A stretch of 64,000 nt of DNA, taken from positions 310,001 through 374,000 of the forward strand of contig JBLDXI010000066.1 in assembly GCA_047495785.1 (NCBI GenBank), written 5' to 3'. The position numbers and the translations under genes are program-made. Source of the DNA: Lepidodermella squamata. Its lineage: Eukaryota; Animalia; Gastrotricha. The notes beneath the pieces are model-generated. The model saw only the letters and a list, made by a program, of their open reading frames with translations, made no database searches and was not told where the DNA came from. Shown here piece after piece: positions 12,048-25,600 of this stretch (position 1 is its first letter; every line of letters starts with the position of its first letter).

Positions 12048-15000
12048 ATGCGTTGCGGTCTTATTCTTATAGTGAGCACGTCAGTGCTATGTTCTAATAG
12101 CGATGGCCTGGATGTTTCTAAGCTTGAACTGCCGCGCTTGGACCAGCTCATCGCATTTTGGCCTATGGACGCATATTCGGGTCTTACTGGGTACACGAGA
12201 ACGAACAAAGAGCTTCAGCCGCTGCCGACGAACAGCACAGCAGGATTTCGCCGGAACAATCTTGTAAACACTGGTTATTACGACCTGATTAGCGGAACCG
12301 AAATTACGAGTTATTTGGTACCCGAAGTTCCGAGTTCCTTTACGGTTTCGGTTCACACTGCCTATCTCTTTGGCGCGATCGAATACGAGGGTTTATTCGA
12401 AATGCGGAAAGCTGGCATCTTTTTGAGAACAGGCCCTTATAAATGGAGTCTAGTCGGTGATAGATCTAATGTTAGAATTGCCGATGCAAGAGAAGATAGC
12501 ACATTGGTGGCTTTCACGTATACGTCAGACAATACATCGTCAGAGGTTTGGTTCTACCGAATAAGAACATATGATCAGAGGCTCTATCGTGAACGCTACA
12601 CGGGTTCAGTGAAACTCTATAGCGAAGACACCCGGCGACATTTTATGATCGCCACGCAGCAGAATTGGCTACAGAGACATTTTCTTTCCGACCTTGCGAC
12701 CTTCAAAGTTTCATGCGTCGCTTTATACAAAACCGCTTTAACTGCAGACGAAGTGAAATCGTTGTTTCTCAAGCCATGTCTTAATGCCGCGAAAGCAAAG
12801 ATGGCTAAAATTGATAGAATCGATATGACAGACATTCCTCGACGAGAGAATCTCATCGGATTTTGGCCTCTGTCGTACGATTCGAAGTTAATCGGCTGGG
12901 ACGGAGCAGGTAACCTTATTATACCACGCCAGCCAAGCTCTTATAACGTGAAGCAAACACAATTTGAAGGGCCATATGGGCAGGGTAGCGTTTCGTGGAA
13001 TTACACAGCCTGGTGTTCTTTGTCCGGCGGACTGGTTGCCTACGACTTCCTACCGAGGCCGCGTTCCGCATTCACCCTCGCGTTCTACATTAAATCACCA
13101 TGCGGCGACGATGGTAGAGGAATCGTTACAATCATCGGTTTCATCTCTATTGCATGCATGTCCGCTAGAGCAGTCACCGTCCGTCCAATATCGAATGGAA
13201 CTTCGATGACTGATTTTCCAGAAGACAGCGCAATCTACGTTGCGTTTCGCCACCCCAAAACCTGGGTATTTATCGCCATCGCCTCGAACGAAGACTATAC
13301 TAACTGCTCAATATACACGCAAGCGATTTACTACGAGCCGTGGTCAGAAAAAAGTAATTGGCATAAAAATTTTGTTTTCCAGCGCAATGCAAATACCCAT
13401 TCTTAAACTCTGTCCTCTCAATACCTATAGTCTTACTCGTACTAGGCATTCCAGGCATTACTCACATTTTGTTGAAACCTGGGTTATCCAGCCAGGGATA
13501 GGGGATAGCGGCGGTCTCTACCCGGGACGCCCAGCATCTTCCACGCTGAAGGCACCTAAAATCTAGAGAAATGCTGAAATGATTGCTATAGCATAATGCG
13601 CCATCTCGCAGCTGATTGAAAGCTAAAAATAGTCGAAAATGCCGGGCTATCATTAAATGGGGTTTATATTCCAGTGAGGCTATTAATCGATGAATTACGG
13701 TATTCCTTAAATCTACGATATTCTGTTGTTCAGCATTCGCGGGAAATTGCATGCTTTTTTATGAGAATTTCCCGCCTACTGTCGCAGGCGTCTCTTTGGA
13801 TTATGTTTCAATGGAAATAGGCATTAGCTACAAAACTGATTCAGAGCTATTCGAATACGATTATGCCACCCAGTATGCTTGCTTCTATTTCTACAACGCC
13901 GCCCTGGGCCTCGATGAACTCTTAAATCTCAGCAACGCCTGCGGTCGGATTTTCTCTATGCAAACTACTTTTTTGGGTGGAAACTCGATCGCAGAGCAAA
14001 TGGTTCCGTTCTTTGAGAGCAAGCGATTTGAGTACATCGACAGCCTTACCTCAATACAACGGAATTGCGGTCACTTCAACATTTCAGTAATCGCGCCCCG
14101 AAATTTCCAAAATCTAACAAATTACGACGAGCCCTTGAAAATCCAAGTTGGCTTTCAAATCACTGGCCTAGATGAAATTGACACGGTTAGCGAAATCATA
14201 TCAGTGAAAGCGTTGATGGTCCTCAATTGGCGAGTAAATACATGCCCATGGTGGTCCTCGCCCGCCCTTCCGATTGGCACGAACTTCGAGACCGTCTACA
14301 TCGATAATGTCAATAATTCGTGGCTACCAAAGATCCGCTTCCTATCAGCAGCTAATTCGAATCTTCAGATGCGGAACATGGCTATCAACGAAGATTATTT
14401 GATGCTGATGTCTTCAAAGGTGCCGACAGTCAATCGAACCTTCGACTTTTACTGGCAGAAGGAAGGTCTATTCGAGGCGAACTGCGAGCTCTCGCTGCAA
14501 TTGTTTCCCTTCGATATACAAAATTGCAGCTTCGAATTCTCACTGGAAGAAGGCCGGAACATTGTTAGAGTTGATGAAGAAGCACTTCGTTTCGATTTCA
14601 ACCATACTCATGTAGGCGACAGTTGGACCCTAGTCTCGACTGAAAATTCGACTGGCCAAGTGTTCTACAAGGGCCTTTACCTTTCCACGTTCAAATTCAC
14701 CGTCGCGCTCGCGAGAAATCCTCGGTATTATATCAACAACTTCGCAATTCCTTCGTCGACCCTCGCCTCTCTAAATTTGTTTCTATTTTCGATGCCACCT
14801 GATTTACCAGATCGAGCTGCTTTTTCCGTTACCGTTCTTCTAACAATGACTGTTATGCAAAATGCTATTTTGAATGAAGTTCCGAAAAAACCTTACCACA
14901 CTCTCTTAGGGAAACTGATTCAAAGTTTGACGTGGTTTTGTATTGCAGCAGCTATCTACAATCTCCTAATTCTGTGGGTCGCAGCTTCCTACTTTGATCC

Positions 15001-15187
15001 GAACGTCCCTTCGCGACCTCATCTGCGTTTTTTCAACGGGAGAATCGGCTTGGTTCGCATGATTGATTTTTATGCATTACTTTTAGGTAGCTGCTTATTT
15101 TTGTTTGTTCATTTTCACGTTCTCCGAAACAAGCATCTGGACTATGATTTAGTTTTGAAATTATTCAGTCTTATTGATGAGTGGTAG
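12048..15187 (+). CDS. LamG-like x2 / Cys-loop channel fusion, paralog 4 (about 919 aa); exons 12048..13353, 13734..15187
   Basis: Signal-peptide-like MRCGLILIVSTSVLC. Phase-1 intron gtaatt..ttgttcag (13354..13733) is in frame; spliced length 2760 nt. AATAAA near 15232. Confidence 0.9.
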
Positions 15188-15584
15188 ATCAAAGCGTAAG
15201 AATCCGTAATGAGTATATTGAACATGTTGAAAATAAAAAAAATAATGTTTTCTTACTTACTATCCTACATTATCCTACATAAGTAGTATTTTGCTGCACA
15301 AAAATTCGACACTTGCATACTACAAATAATGAGAACGCTTTTCGGCGGAAATGGCATTGGTTTTGCGATCGATTTAGCGATTTCGCAGGCAAATAACTCC
15401 AGCTTATCAGCTTTGTGAATTCATCTTGTTCGAAGAACGGCTAACTTTATTGGTATCCTAAAATAACAGGACGGGCGTGAAGTTGACAGGAAATTAAACA
15501 ATATCACGATCAGATAGTCACAGAGATCTACACCTCAAGCATTCAACAGATTTACGACGCCAGCACAACTCCGCGTTAATATCC

Positions 15585-18500
15585 ATGCATTGGGGTCATA
15601 CATTAGCGTTGAGCTGTTTAGTTGCATGCAACAGCTGCTTGGATGTTTCTAAGCTTGAACTGCCACGCTTAGACAAACTCATCGCGTTCTGGCCGATGGA
15701 CGCATATTCGGGTCTTGTTGGATTCACGAGAACAAACGAAGAGCTTCAACCGCTGCCGACGAACAGCACATCTAAATTTCGTCGGAATAACGTCGTAAAT
15801 ACGGGATACTACGACCTTGTTAGCGGAACCGAAATTGCGGCTTATTTAGTACCCGAAGTTCCGAGTTCGTTTACGATTTCCGCGCACACTGGTTATGATT
15901 TGGACTTCTCAATTAGATTTGATGGCTTATTTAATATGTTTAAAGCTGGCATTTCCATGAGAACTGGGCCCAGCAGTTGGTACCTTGTAGGAAATTATCG
16001 CTCTGTAGATGATTTGGATGCTGGAGATAGCAATTTTTTGGCTTTCACTTATCGCAAGTCGTCAAACAAGGCTGTTTTTTATCGAATGAAAACACATGAT
16101 CAGAGGTTATACGTGGAAAATTACACATTTCCGGAAAAACTGTACGCGGAAGACACATGGCGCGAAGTTGTGTTCGGGAGCCAAGTATTTTGGGTTCCCA
16201 GGTCAGTTCAAGACAAATATGTTACGAGAATTTCGTGTGTCTCCATGTACAAGACCGCCTTAACTCAAGATGAAGCGAAATCGCTGTTTCTCAAACCGTG
16301 TCTAAACGCCGCTAAAGCAGAGATGGGAGAAATCAATAGGATCGATATGACCGACGTTCCCCGACGTGAGAATCTTATTGGATTTTGGCCGCTATCTTAC
16401 GACTCGAAGTTAACAGGCTGGGACGGAGCAGGTAACCCCATTATACCTCGCCAGCCAAGCTCTTATAACGTGAAGCAGGTAAAATTTGAAGGGCCCTACG
16501 GGCAAGGTAGCGTTTCGTGGAATAGAACAGCGATATCTGACGATGGCGGGGTGGTTGCTTACGACTTCCTGCCGAGGCCGCAATCAGGCTTCACCTTTTC
16601 GTTCTACCTAAAATCCTCATGCGATGGCGAAGGGAGAGGACTGGTAACAATCATCGGCTTTCTCGCTGTTAGTTGTCAGGGGAACTATGAAATCATTATC
16701 AGACCAATATCGCTGGAGGGGATATCGATGACTAATTTTTCGCAAGCCAATGCTCAATCCATTCCTTACCGTCACCCCGGAACATGGTTATTTATCGCTA
16801 TCACCTCGGACGACGATGATCCTAACTGCTCGATGTACTCACAAGCGATTTATTACGAGCAATTGTCGAAAAGTAAATTAATTCAAAATCTGAATTTAAT
16901 ATTTTTTGAAGAGAGGAATGTCACCTGGTCCAAACTTCGCTGAGGAAGGGAATGGGAGTAAGGGGAGGTGGGTTTAAGCAGTCATACGGCCTTCATACCC
17001 ATTAATCAAGCCCATATAGGCAGCGAGAGAATTAGCACCAGGGACACTAGGGACTATGAGGGTAGTACCGGTAAGTTTGGTAGCCCGTGGTCAGCAGCTA
17101 ACCTAACAAGCAAGATTGATATGGAAATTAATATACGAAAATTGCGGCAAGTTTACTTACCTACTCTCCTCGCTACCTATAGGTTGATATGAGCAGCCTT
17201 CAAAATACTTGCCAAGTTGAACCACCTAAACTATTATCTATTATCATCTTTTGGACCCAAGATTTAAGTACATTTTTGGGCCTGTCATTCTAGGGGTTTA
17301 TAATTTGAGGTAGGATAGTGGAAGAATTTTAAAATTTGAGAATTAAAATGATAAATATCATGCTTTATCTTGAATATTTAGGTTTCGTTAGGAATTGCCA
17401 ATGGTTCAGCTATACCTTCCCGCTTTCTGTCGGAGGCGTCTCCATGGATTATCTTTCTATGGAAATAGGCACCAACTATGATAAAAAGAGCAATGGCGAG
17501 GACACACAATATGCTTGCTTCTACTTCTACAATGCCGCTTTGGGTGTCGATGAACTCTTCAATCTCAGCAACGCTTGCGGCCGACTTTTCTCGCTAGAAA
17601 CTATTTTTTCTAATGGCAACTCGATTGCAGAACAAATGGTGCCGTTGTTTGAGAGTCAGGAATATGATTATATCGACTACATGTCTTCGATACAGCAAAA
17701 CTGTGGCCACTTCAATGCTTCAGTAAAAGCGCCTCGAAATTTTGAGAACTTAGGGAATGCCCCCCTAAGAATTCAAGTAGGCTTTCAAATCACTGGCCTG
17801 AACGAAATTGACACGGTTAGTGAGATCATATCAGTAAAGGCGCTGATGGTCCTTCATTGGCGAGTAAGCACATGCCCATGGTGGTCTTCATCCGCCCTTC
17901 CAACTGGTACGAACTTCGAGACCGTCTACATCGATAATGTCAATAATTTGTGGCTACCAAAGATCCGCTTCCTATCAGCGGCTAATTCCAACCTTCAGAT
18001 GCGGAACATGCTCATCAACGACGATTATTTGATGCTGATGTCTTCAAAGGTGCCGACAATCAATCGAACATTCGACTTTTACTGGCAGAAGGAAGGTCTA
18101 TTCGAGGCGAACTGCGAGCTCTCGCTGCAATTGTTTCCCTTCGATACACAAACATGCAATTTCGAATTCTCTCTCGAACAAGGCCGCAACATTGTCCGAG
18201 TTGATGAAGAAGCGCTTCGGCTTGAGTTCAACCATACCCATGTAGGCGATAGTTGGACCTTAGTCTCAACCGAGAATTCTACAGGCCAAGTTTTCTACAA
18301 GGGCCATTATGTTTCAACATTCAAATTTACGGTTAAGCTTGCAAGAAATCCGAGGTATCACATCAAAAACTTTGCAATCCCTTCTTCGACTCTCGCCTCT
18401 CTGAATGTATTCCTATTCCTGATGCCACCGGATGTACCGGATCGAGCTGCTTTTTCAGTAACCGTCCTTCTAACCATGACTGTTATGCAAAGTGCTGTTT

Positions 18501-18811
18501 TGAATGAAGTTCCGAGAAAGCCTTACGATACGCTTCTGGGCAAGCTGGTTCAAAACTTGACGTGGTTTTGCATCGCATCTACTATATACAGTCTGCTAAT
18601 CTTATGGTTAGCAGCGTCTTACTTTGACCCGAACGTTCCATCGCGACCTCAAAAGCGATTTTTCAATGGAAGATTTGGTTTGATTCGCGTCATTGACTGC
18701 TACTTTTTCTTTGGCGGCGTTTCAGTATTTGTTTTTGTTCACATTTATATCATCCAAGAAGCAAATTTGGACTATGGTTTTGTTATGAGATCTTTTAACA
18801 TAGTTGCCTAG
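15585..18811 (+). CDS. LamG-like x2 / Cys-loop channel fusion, paralog 5 (about 905 aa); exons 15585..16872, 17382..18811
   Basis: Phase-1 intron gtaaat..atttag (16873..17381) is in frame; spliced length 2718 nt. Confidence 0.9.
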
Positions 18812-21581
18812 CCCCACAATCGTTTATATATAATCACGATTTTAGAAAAATGGTCGATTGATTCGGAGCGAAGAACGAAAAAAATCGATGCCCTATTATC
18901 TTGACTGTTGTCGGTCTTTGAAATCTTTTGCTGATGTCTGTTGTCGCGAAAATCAAAGACAAATAAATATAGCGAAAATGAACTGAAAAAAATTGTCTTT
19001 TGAAGTAGAAAAATCGCACTTTTTATGCACAAAAATCCGTTTTTTGAATAATTTTTATAAAAATTTGAAAATTTAATTTAATAAATTTGAAAAATTCAGC
19101 TTTAATTAAAATTGAATAAGTAATTCTTTTCTATTTATGAAGCCTTGATAAAATTTGAATATTTTATCCAATCGCTAAGCTGTTCACGCGTTTATAAAAA
19201 CACAAGACGCATAAATAAAACGTGGGTAAAATTATGATGATCAATACCGAAAATTCGGAACGTTTCCTCTGATTTGTCGCGTCACACGCGTCATTTTGAG
19301 AAACCGACTACTCAGACAAATATTTTGCCATTTTTCTGAGCGACAATTCAGAACCAGCCCGAAAATTTTGAATGCAAAGGTTCAAGTAGAATTGTTCAAA
19401 AAAAAACGTTCTGGAAATTTCTCAGCCTTAATTAAAGTCGTTAGAGTAAACAAAAAATGGTGAATTGGTACTTCCACCCATGTTCGCTCTTGATTTTTCC
19501 GCGCAGACCAAGCGAAAGATTCAAAAATTATGAAATTCTCAAGATGGAATATACTTGCACTAATGAACCCTGTGTGGAAATATACAAGTGCGGATCTTGC
19601 GGCGCGAAGTACCAGCACAATTCTGCAAATTTATGTCAATTTTTTCTGGGTGCATGATAGTGAGTTGTCCCAAAATTGAAGTAGGACGCAGATTAATATT
19701 ATATACACTCTTCATGTATAACTATTTTTATACATTATCCTGAAAATGACCGACTGCGCAATATTTTTGTACACTATTTTTGTACACATTTGTCAACGCG
19801 CACGTGTTCACGGCGCACGCGTTCAATAAGAATGCGCGTCAACATGTCAAACACGCACACTCATCAGCTGCCTGAATCGGTCCGTTTTTATGAACAATTA
19901 TTTTCCTGCTTCCAACTGCTGCTGCTGCTCGTCACCAGAACGACACGAAATTAGGTTAATGTTGAAAATGCTCTTCAATCTCCAATAATTTTATTTATTT
20001 TAATCTAAAAAATGCAGGGTCGTTTCGAAAAAATATATATTTATTAAAAAATTTATTTATTTAAAAATATTAATTCATTTTTTTTAATCTAAGCTAAAAA
20101 ATTCAGGGTCATTTCTAAAAATAATATAAACTATGTACCTGAAATCGCGAAGAATTGATAACATTTAATACTAAAACTCAGTTTACAGGGATGTGATCTG
20201 TGATCGATAGAAAAGTGCAAACTTTGAGTCTCGAAAACTTATGAATGGCCAAATTTTCTACCACAGGTAGCTCTTAGGTATCGCTAACAGCAGTTATAAT
20301 TGGGCTGCTATCGGGTAGTTCATTGTTGCGTAACAAAAATTGCAAATTTACACTTTTCCTTTGAGCAATCTTTGTTAAACTCGACCTAACCCTGGCTTCT
20401 AACCTCAACCCCGACCCCTAATCACGTTTTCCTAAGAACCATTTTTGCGTTAAAAAGAAAATTCAAGTGAATTAAATTTTACGAAGTATTTAAAAAATTT
20501 TGAAAAAAATATATTTAAAATCGAAATTTCTCGATATTCTATACGTAAATTTCGACGTGACCTAGTTTTCAACGTTTTCTCGCATGTTTAGTCCAGCTTT
20601 GCTTTTTCTAGGTCAACCAGCAATAATATCAGTCCGATATAATTATTAGAGGTCAAATCGTTTTATAGCAGACGTTCTATAGTCTCAATGACCTTTATTT
20701 TTCTGCTTGTCCGCTGTGGAAAATTCTTGTAGGTTAATTATAGAACCAGACGTCTACTAGCCTCCAGATTTTCAAGGCAGCTGTTTGCTGCTGCGTAGAA
20801 AGAGCGAAACTAGTAAATAACGCTGGCTAGAGCTAATTTGGTCCCAGAATAACTCCAGCCAGCATTTGAAAAATGAATAGACAATGAAACTATTTTCTAC
20901 AATTTTGTGGGTGAAATTTTATATTTTATTTAATTGAGTCTGTAAAACGTCAAAGAAGCCGAAAGGCGGGATTGTGAGATCAACCGCGGGCCGGAAAAAA
21001 AGTAAAATTGAATACTGAAAGTGAATTATGTTTTGTAATTTTAATTTTATTTCAATAAAATTTTCAATTTTTCAATTTTTCATTCAAAATTGCTGCTTTT
21101 TTTTTATCATGTGACAAGGTTCTGGTAACAATTGCAGATTCATGTGGTGCGAGCGAGCGCAGTTTGGGTAACATTATGCATCACAAATGTTCACAATTTC
21201 GCGTCATTTGTATAGGCAGGCCAATGATTAAGACGCGCGAGGATGTCAACGGGCTTTATTTACGAATCAACTGGCGGTTTTACGCATCGAAAGAAAACTC
21301 GCAGATTGCTCTTGAAATTGAGTACCTAAACTATGGAAATCTGTCATGAACAATTTTACGCCAAGTTTGCTGGAACTTGCCACGTGCGTAAAATTGAATG
21401 AGCGCATATTTTTTTTCATGGAATGTGTTTATATTGAATGAATTCATCTTCTTTTCAGCTAAAAATTGCTAGTTTTACCGTTTGAAACTTTCGTTATCCC
21501 ATGAATTTACCTCCTATTTTCTTTTTTATTTATTCACTTCTTTTTTCTATCTTTTTAATTTTTTTAATAATTTTCTAGCAG

Positions 21582-22571
21582 ATTTTAACCTGCCCTGTAT
21601 GACTCGAGTTTTGCTCATCTTACCTCAGGGCCGTAGACACCCATCGCCCGGGTGACCAAACCATATCTAAATACAACTTGAAATCTCCTTCTCACAAGCG
21701 ACCCTACCAGATTTCAAGTCACCAGCGGTAATGTCGTGGGCTTATTTGTCACTCAACAAAAAATAGCAAATTTAGTATTTTCGAGTTCGGTAACAGGTAC
21801 TCGAAAATCATAATTGTCCAAAACTAGGTCATCGATTGATGACAATTTTAAGACGGCTGCTACAGAGCTACGCGCATTTTCGATGAAAATTATTTGGAGA
21901 GTTTTTAAAATGTCGAGACATTTTATTTTCCTTCAAAATTATGGCTTAATGTTATTTGTGATTTTTTTTAGAACATTTTCAATGATTTATTCAATTTTTT
22001 TCCTAGCTGATTTTCCATGTTTTGCAAACTGCATTCTGTATTGAAAAGAATTCGTCGATTCGAATGAGAGTCAGTGGAGCTTCGGAATTGCCAAGTTCTC
22101 GCCAATCGAAGCTAAGTCCAAAGGAAAATGTGGAACCTTTCCATTCGAATCGCTGAGGATTGCGTGACCTTTTTCCTGTGCCGAATCATCGATAATTTGG
22201 GATGCTGAATATTTGATTGTTTCCCAATTTTTAAAACCCGTTTTTTATTCGAGATGGACTGCCATTTATGGCGATGAAATTGGTTATATCAATCGGTTAA
22301 TCGAAAAATCGAAAAATCGAGTAATCGAACTTTCGCCATTTTTAACTTCGAGCGGGAAATAAGCCGGAATTCCTACGTCATCTTGGTGTTAGATTTGCGA
22401 CTGAAAATTTGTGAATTGATTCTCATCACGGAAGGAGCTGATATTTCACGTGTTAAATTGATCGATTCGGGTCTAATTTTTGTTGAAATCTTCGAACTGT
22501 CAGGGATCACTGATTACTATCTCGAAAATTCGATTGGAAATATTTTGTCTAGGACGAAAGAAAATAAATGA
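21582..22571 (+). pseudogene. Decayed copy of the short RING/coiled-coil/ankyrin gene at 48843..51228
   Basis: cag|ATTTTAACCTGCCCTGTATGA matches cag|ATTTTCACCTGCCCTATATGC (49159). TTGTCCAAAACTAGGTCATCGATTGA matches 50009. CAGTGGAGCTTCGGAA matches 50364. C-terminus SIGNILSRTKENK vs SIGNISLVRKKK. Stops and deletions throughout. Confidence 0.75.
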
Positions 22572-22633
22572 AAGTGGCCCGCGGTTCTAGATTATGTTAT
22601 CTGTTTTCTTTTTAGACGTAGAAATTGATGGGA

Positions 22634-25600
22634 ATGAAAAGCTCCTATTTAACCTCAAATCGATTAGACGCTGGGACCTCGATAAAGGTAATACAGCTTT
22701 TTTGAACTTAATTTCACTTTTTTGAATTTTTTCAAACATTTTAGCTCATAAATTGTCCAGTTTGTTTGAACCCTCCGAAAGATCCTCGTATTTTGCCGAA
22801 ATGTGGCCACACGCTGTGCCTGGACTGCATCCAAACAAGCATGCCGGAAATCAACCAGCGCCACCGCATCACTCAGTACCAATTCAAATGCCCGATTTGC
22901 AAAGCTGAAAATTTGATCGAAGGCCGGCGTTTCCATCAGCACCGCGGCTTGCAAGACTATCCGAAGAATTTCCTCGCGAAATCAGTCGGCCAGTTGCTGG
23001 AGAAAGCCCGCGATGCGGTTGAAGAGAGCGTGATAACTGGAGCGTGTCCGCATGTGCCGTACTTCGAGAAGAAGGGCACCAATTGTGAGCATTGTTCGAG
23101 GCCTTACTGTGACACTTGTCAAATCGGCCACAAAGAAATCGTTCGCCTGGATATCAACTGCATCACGCAGGGCGTAAGCTGTTATAAAGCTTTAAAATTT
23201 GAAAAATAGTGAACATTTAAAAAAAAATGTGATCGAGGTTTAAGCATTACAATTTTTCGCTTTTTTTACGATTTCAACTCTCTAAATTTTTAATATAGCT
23301 TTTGCTTTCTAAACTGATAATATCGGAAAAAATCATTGATTTTTAAAGTCGATATTTGAAATCGATATACAGCGTGTCCCAGAAATTGCGCAAGTATTTT
23401 TGAATTTAGCAAATTTTTGTAGGAAATTCAACTAATTTTAAATTAAACCTATATCCATCTTTTACCCGCGATTTAACCGAAGAAATTAAAAATTTAACGG
23501 AGAAAACCCAGAAAACCCCGGTAACTGGTTTGGTAATTTTCGGTATTTTACCCGGGTGGGCTAAATTTCTCCGCACTTTTTCAATTCCATTAACAGGTGA
23601 CATAATTGCTATATCTATTCTCATGATTTTTTGAATTTTTCTAAAAATATTCTGGCCATGAGATATGAGATGCTTTTGCTTGCGTTACTTATGGGACACG
23701 CTGTATGTGGATTGAAGTAACCCTCTTGAACCTAGAACCTAGCGTTGATAGTTCAAAATATTAATATCCACCTTTCAAAAATTCCTATTTTCTCAACAAA
23801 TAAGTGTTAGGGCCTATAATTTATCAATGGAACCCTAATTTTTTAATGTTCAAATTCGCGTGCCAAAATTCTTCTGAACCTACTGCCAATGCTCAGTGCT
23901 CATTACTGGTCTTCCAGATTACCAGAAATCTTTAGAAACATTAGTTCGATTTTTTATTTATAATATTTTTTGCCATTCAATTGCCTGTTTTCTGCTCCTT
24001 CTAGCTACCTTCTCGGTTATCAGATATTAATCAAGGATTCGATTTAAAAATCGAATGTGCCAGAACTCATCTGGCGAATCAATTGAAAGAAGCTGAAGAA
24101 CAAGCTCGAAAATTCACTGAATTATTGCTTCAAGCCTTCAAATCAATTGTCGAAACCAACCTCGATCGCCTGGTCGAAGAGGGCCGTTCCATCTACAAAG
24201 CTCAGGTTGAAGAGCTGGAAAAGGTCGCTGCTGATTGTCGAAATCATCTGAATTTCGATTCTTTACTCGCAAAGGTCGACGAGTTGAACGAAGATTCTGT
24301 CTTGAATTTTTCACTGGCTGATTTGGGGGAAATTTACGCAGAAGCCAAATCTATTGATGACCAAGTAAGTTTGAAAAAATCAGCTTCAATTTTAATTTTT
24401 TTTTTAATTATTTCTACTCACATTTTTTAATTTAAATTCTAATTTTAGTCATTTTTAATTTTAATTTTTTAATTTTTCACATTTTATTTGGAAAGCTTCG
24501 AAAGGGCGAAACTATTGCACCTTCATGGTCGAAACGCTCTATCGATATCAAATTCGATGAAAACCTTCAAAAAGAGCTTGAGGCGATTTTGAGAAAATCT
24601 TCCAAGGTTCAATGGAAAGACACTTCTGAGGCCGAATCTGTCAATATTCCATGGCTAATCCACGACGTCCACAGCTTGGCCGGTGAAGGCGATCTCGAAG
24701 GGTTGAAAAATTCAATCGAGCAACCTTTTGTGAGCCGCGAAGTTCGGCAATATGTTTCGAATCACCGCCTCAAGTCGGCTAATCGATTGCATCATCGTAC
24801 AATATTGATGTCTGCCAGCCAATCGGGAGATTTGGACCTGGTAAGGTACATTGTTGAAGAATTAGGGGCGGATCTTAGAATTGGCCAGAAGAATAACGCT
24901 ATGGCGATTCATCGAGCGGCTGCCTATGGCCGTATTGATGTTGTCAAGTACCTGATCTCAAAAATTCCATCTGGCCAGGATCCTGTCAGCTTTTATCCGG
25001 GTCAGTTAAATTTTTATTTAAATTCCAATTTTTTTTAATTTTAACGAGATATTTAAATTCGAAATTTCAAAATTCAAAATTTACGGATTATGAATTTGAA
25101 AGAATTGGAAATTAAGAAAAATTGGATAAAAATTTTAAAAAATTAATTGAAATTGATAAAAATTAAAATTTGAACCAAAATTATAAAAGAATTACAAATC
25201 ATCCTTGAAATTAATAGGATCATCCTATTCAAAATCATCCTATTCAAAAATCAACTTAATTTAAAAAAATTTAAAATCTTGAATTTTACTGAATTTCGAA
25301 GGTCTTCTGCATCTCTCTTGTGCATCTGGAAAATTGGACGTTGTCAAGTACCTGGTAGATGAGTTAAAATGGCCGATAAATGATCCTAAACCAATGCGAG
25401 GCTCGGATGCTACACCTCTCTACAAGCTATGCCGATTCAATACTGGCAAGGTTGAAGTTGCCGAATTTCTGCTGCAAAGAGGCGCTGATGTTCTCGCGAA
25501 ATCTGGCGACAATTTGGAGCTAGCAACTCACGCTGCCGCAACGACTGGGGCTTGGAAAATCTTTAAGCTGGTCGCTGAAAAATTTCCGCCCGAAAAACGG

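Noticed and set aside
12617-12856. Recurrent antisense ORFs (MRFSRRGM...; also 8325, 30158, 36978) and similar shadows over channel, ankyrin and GT32 genes
   Set aside because: They are by-products of conserved sense-strand coding sequence, with inconsistent lengths.
19040-21500. Short ORFs in the AT-rich spacer, including a small Cys-rich ORF at 19457..19657
   Set aside because: No recognisable domain, paralog or consistent splice structure.
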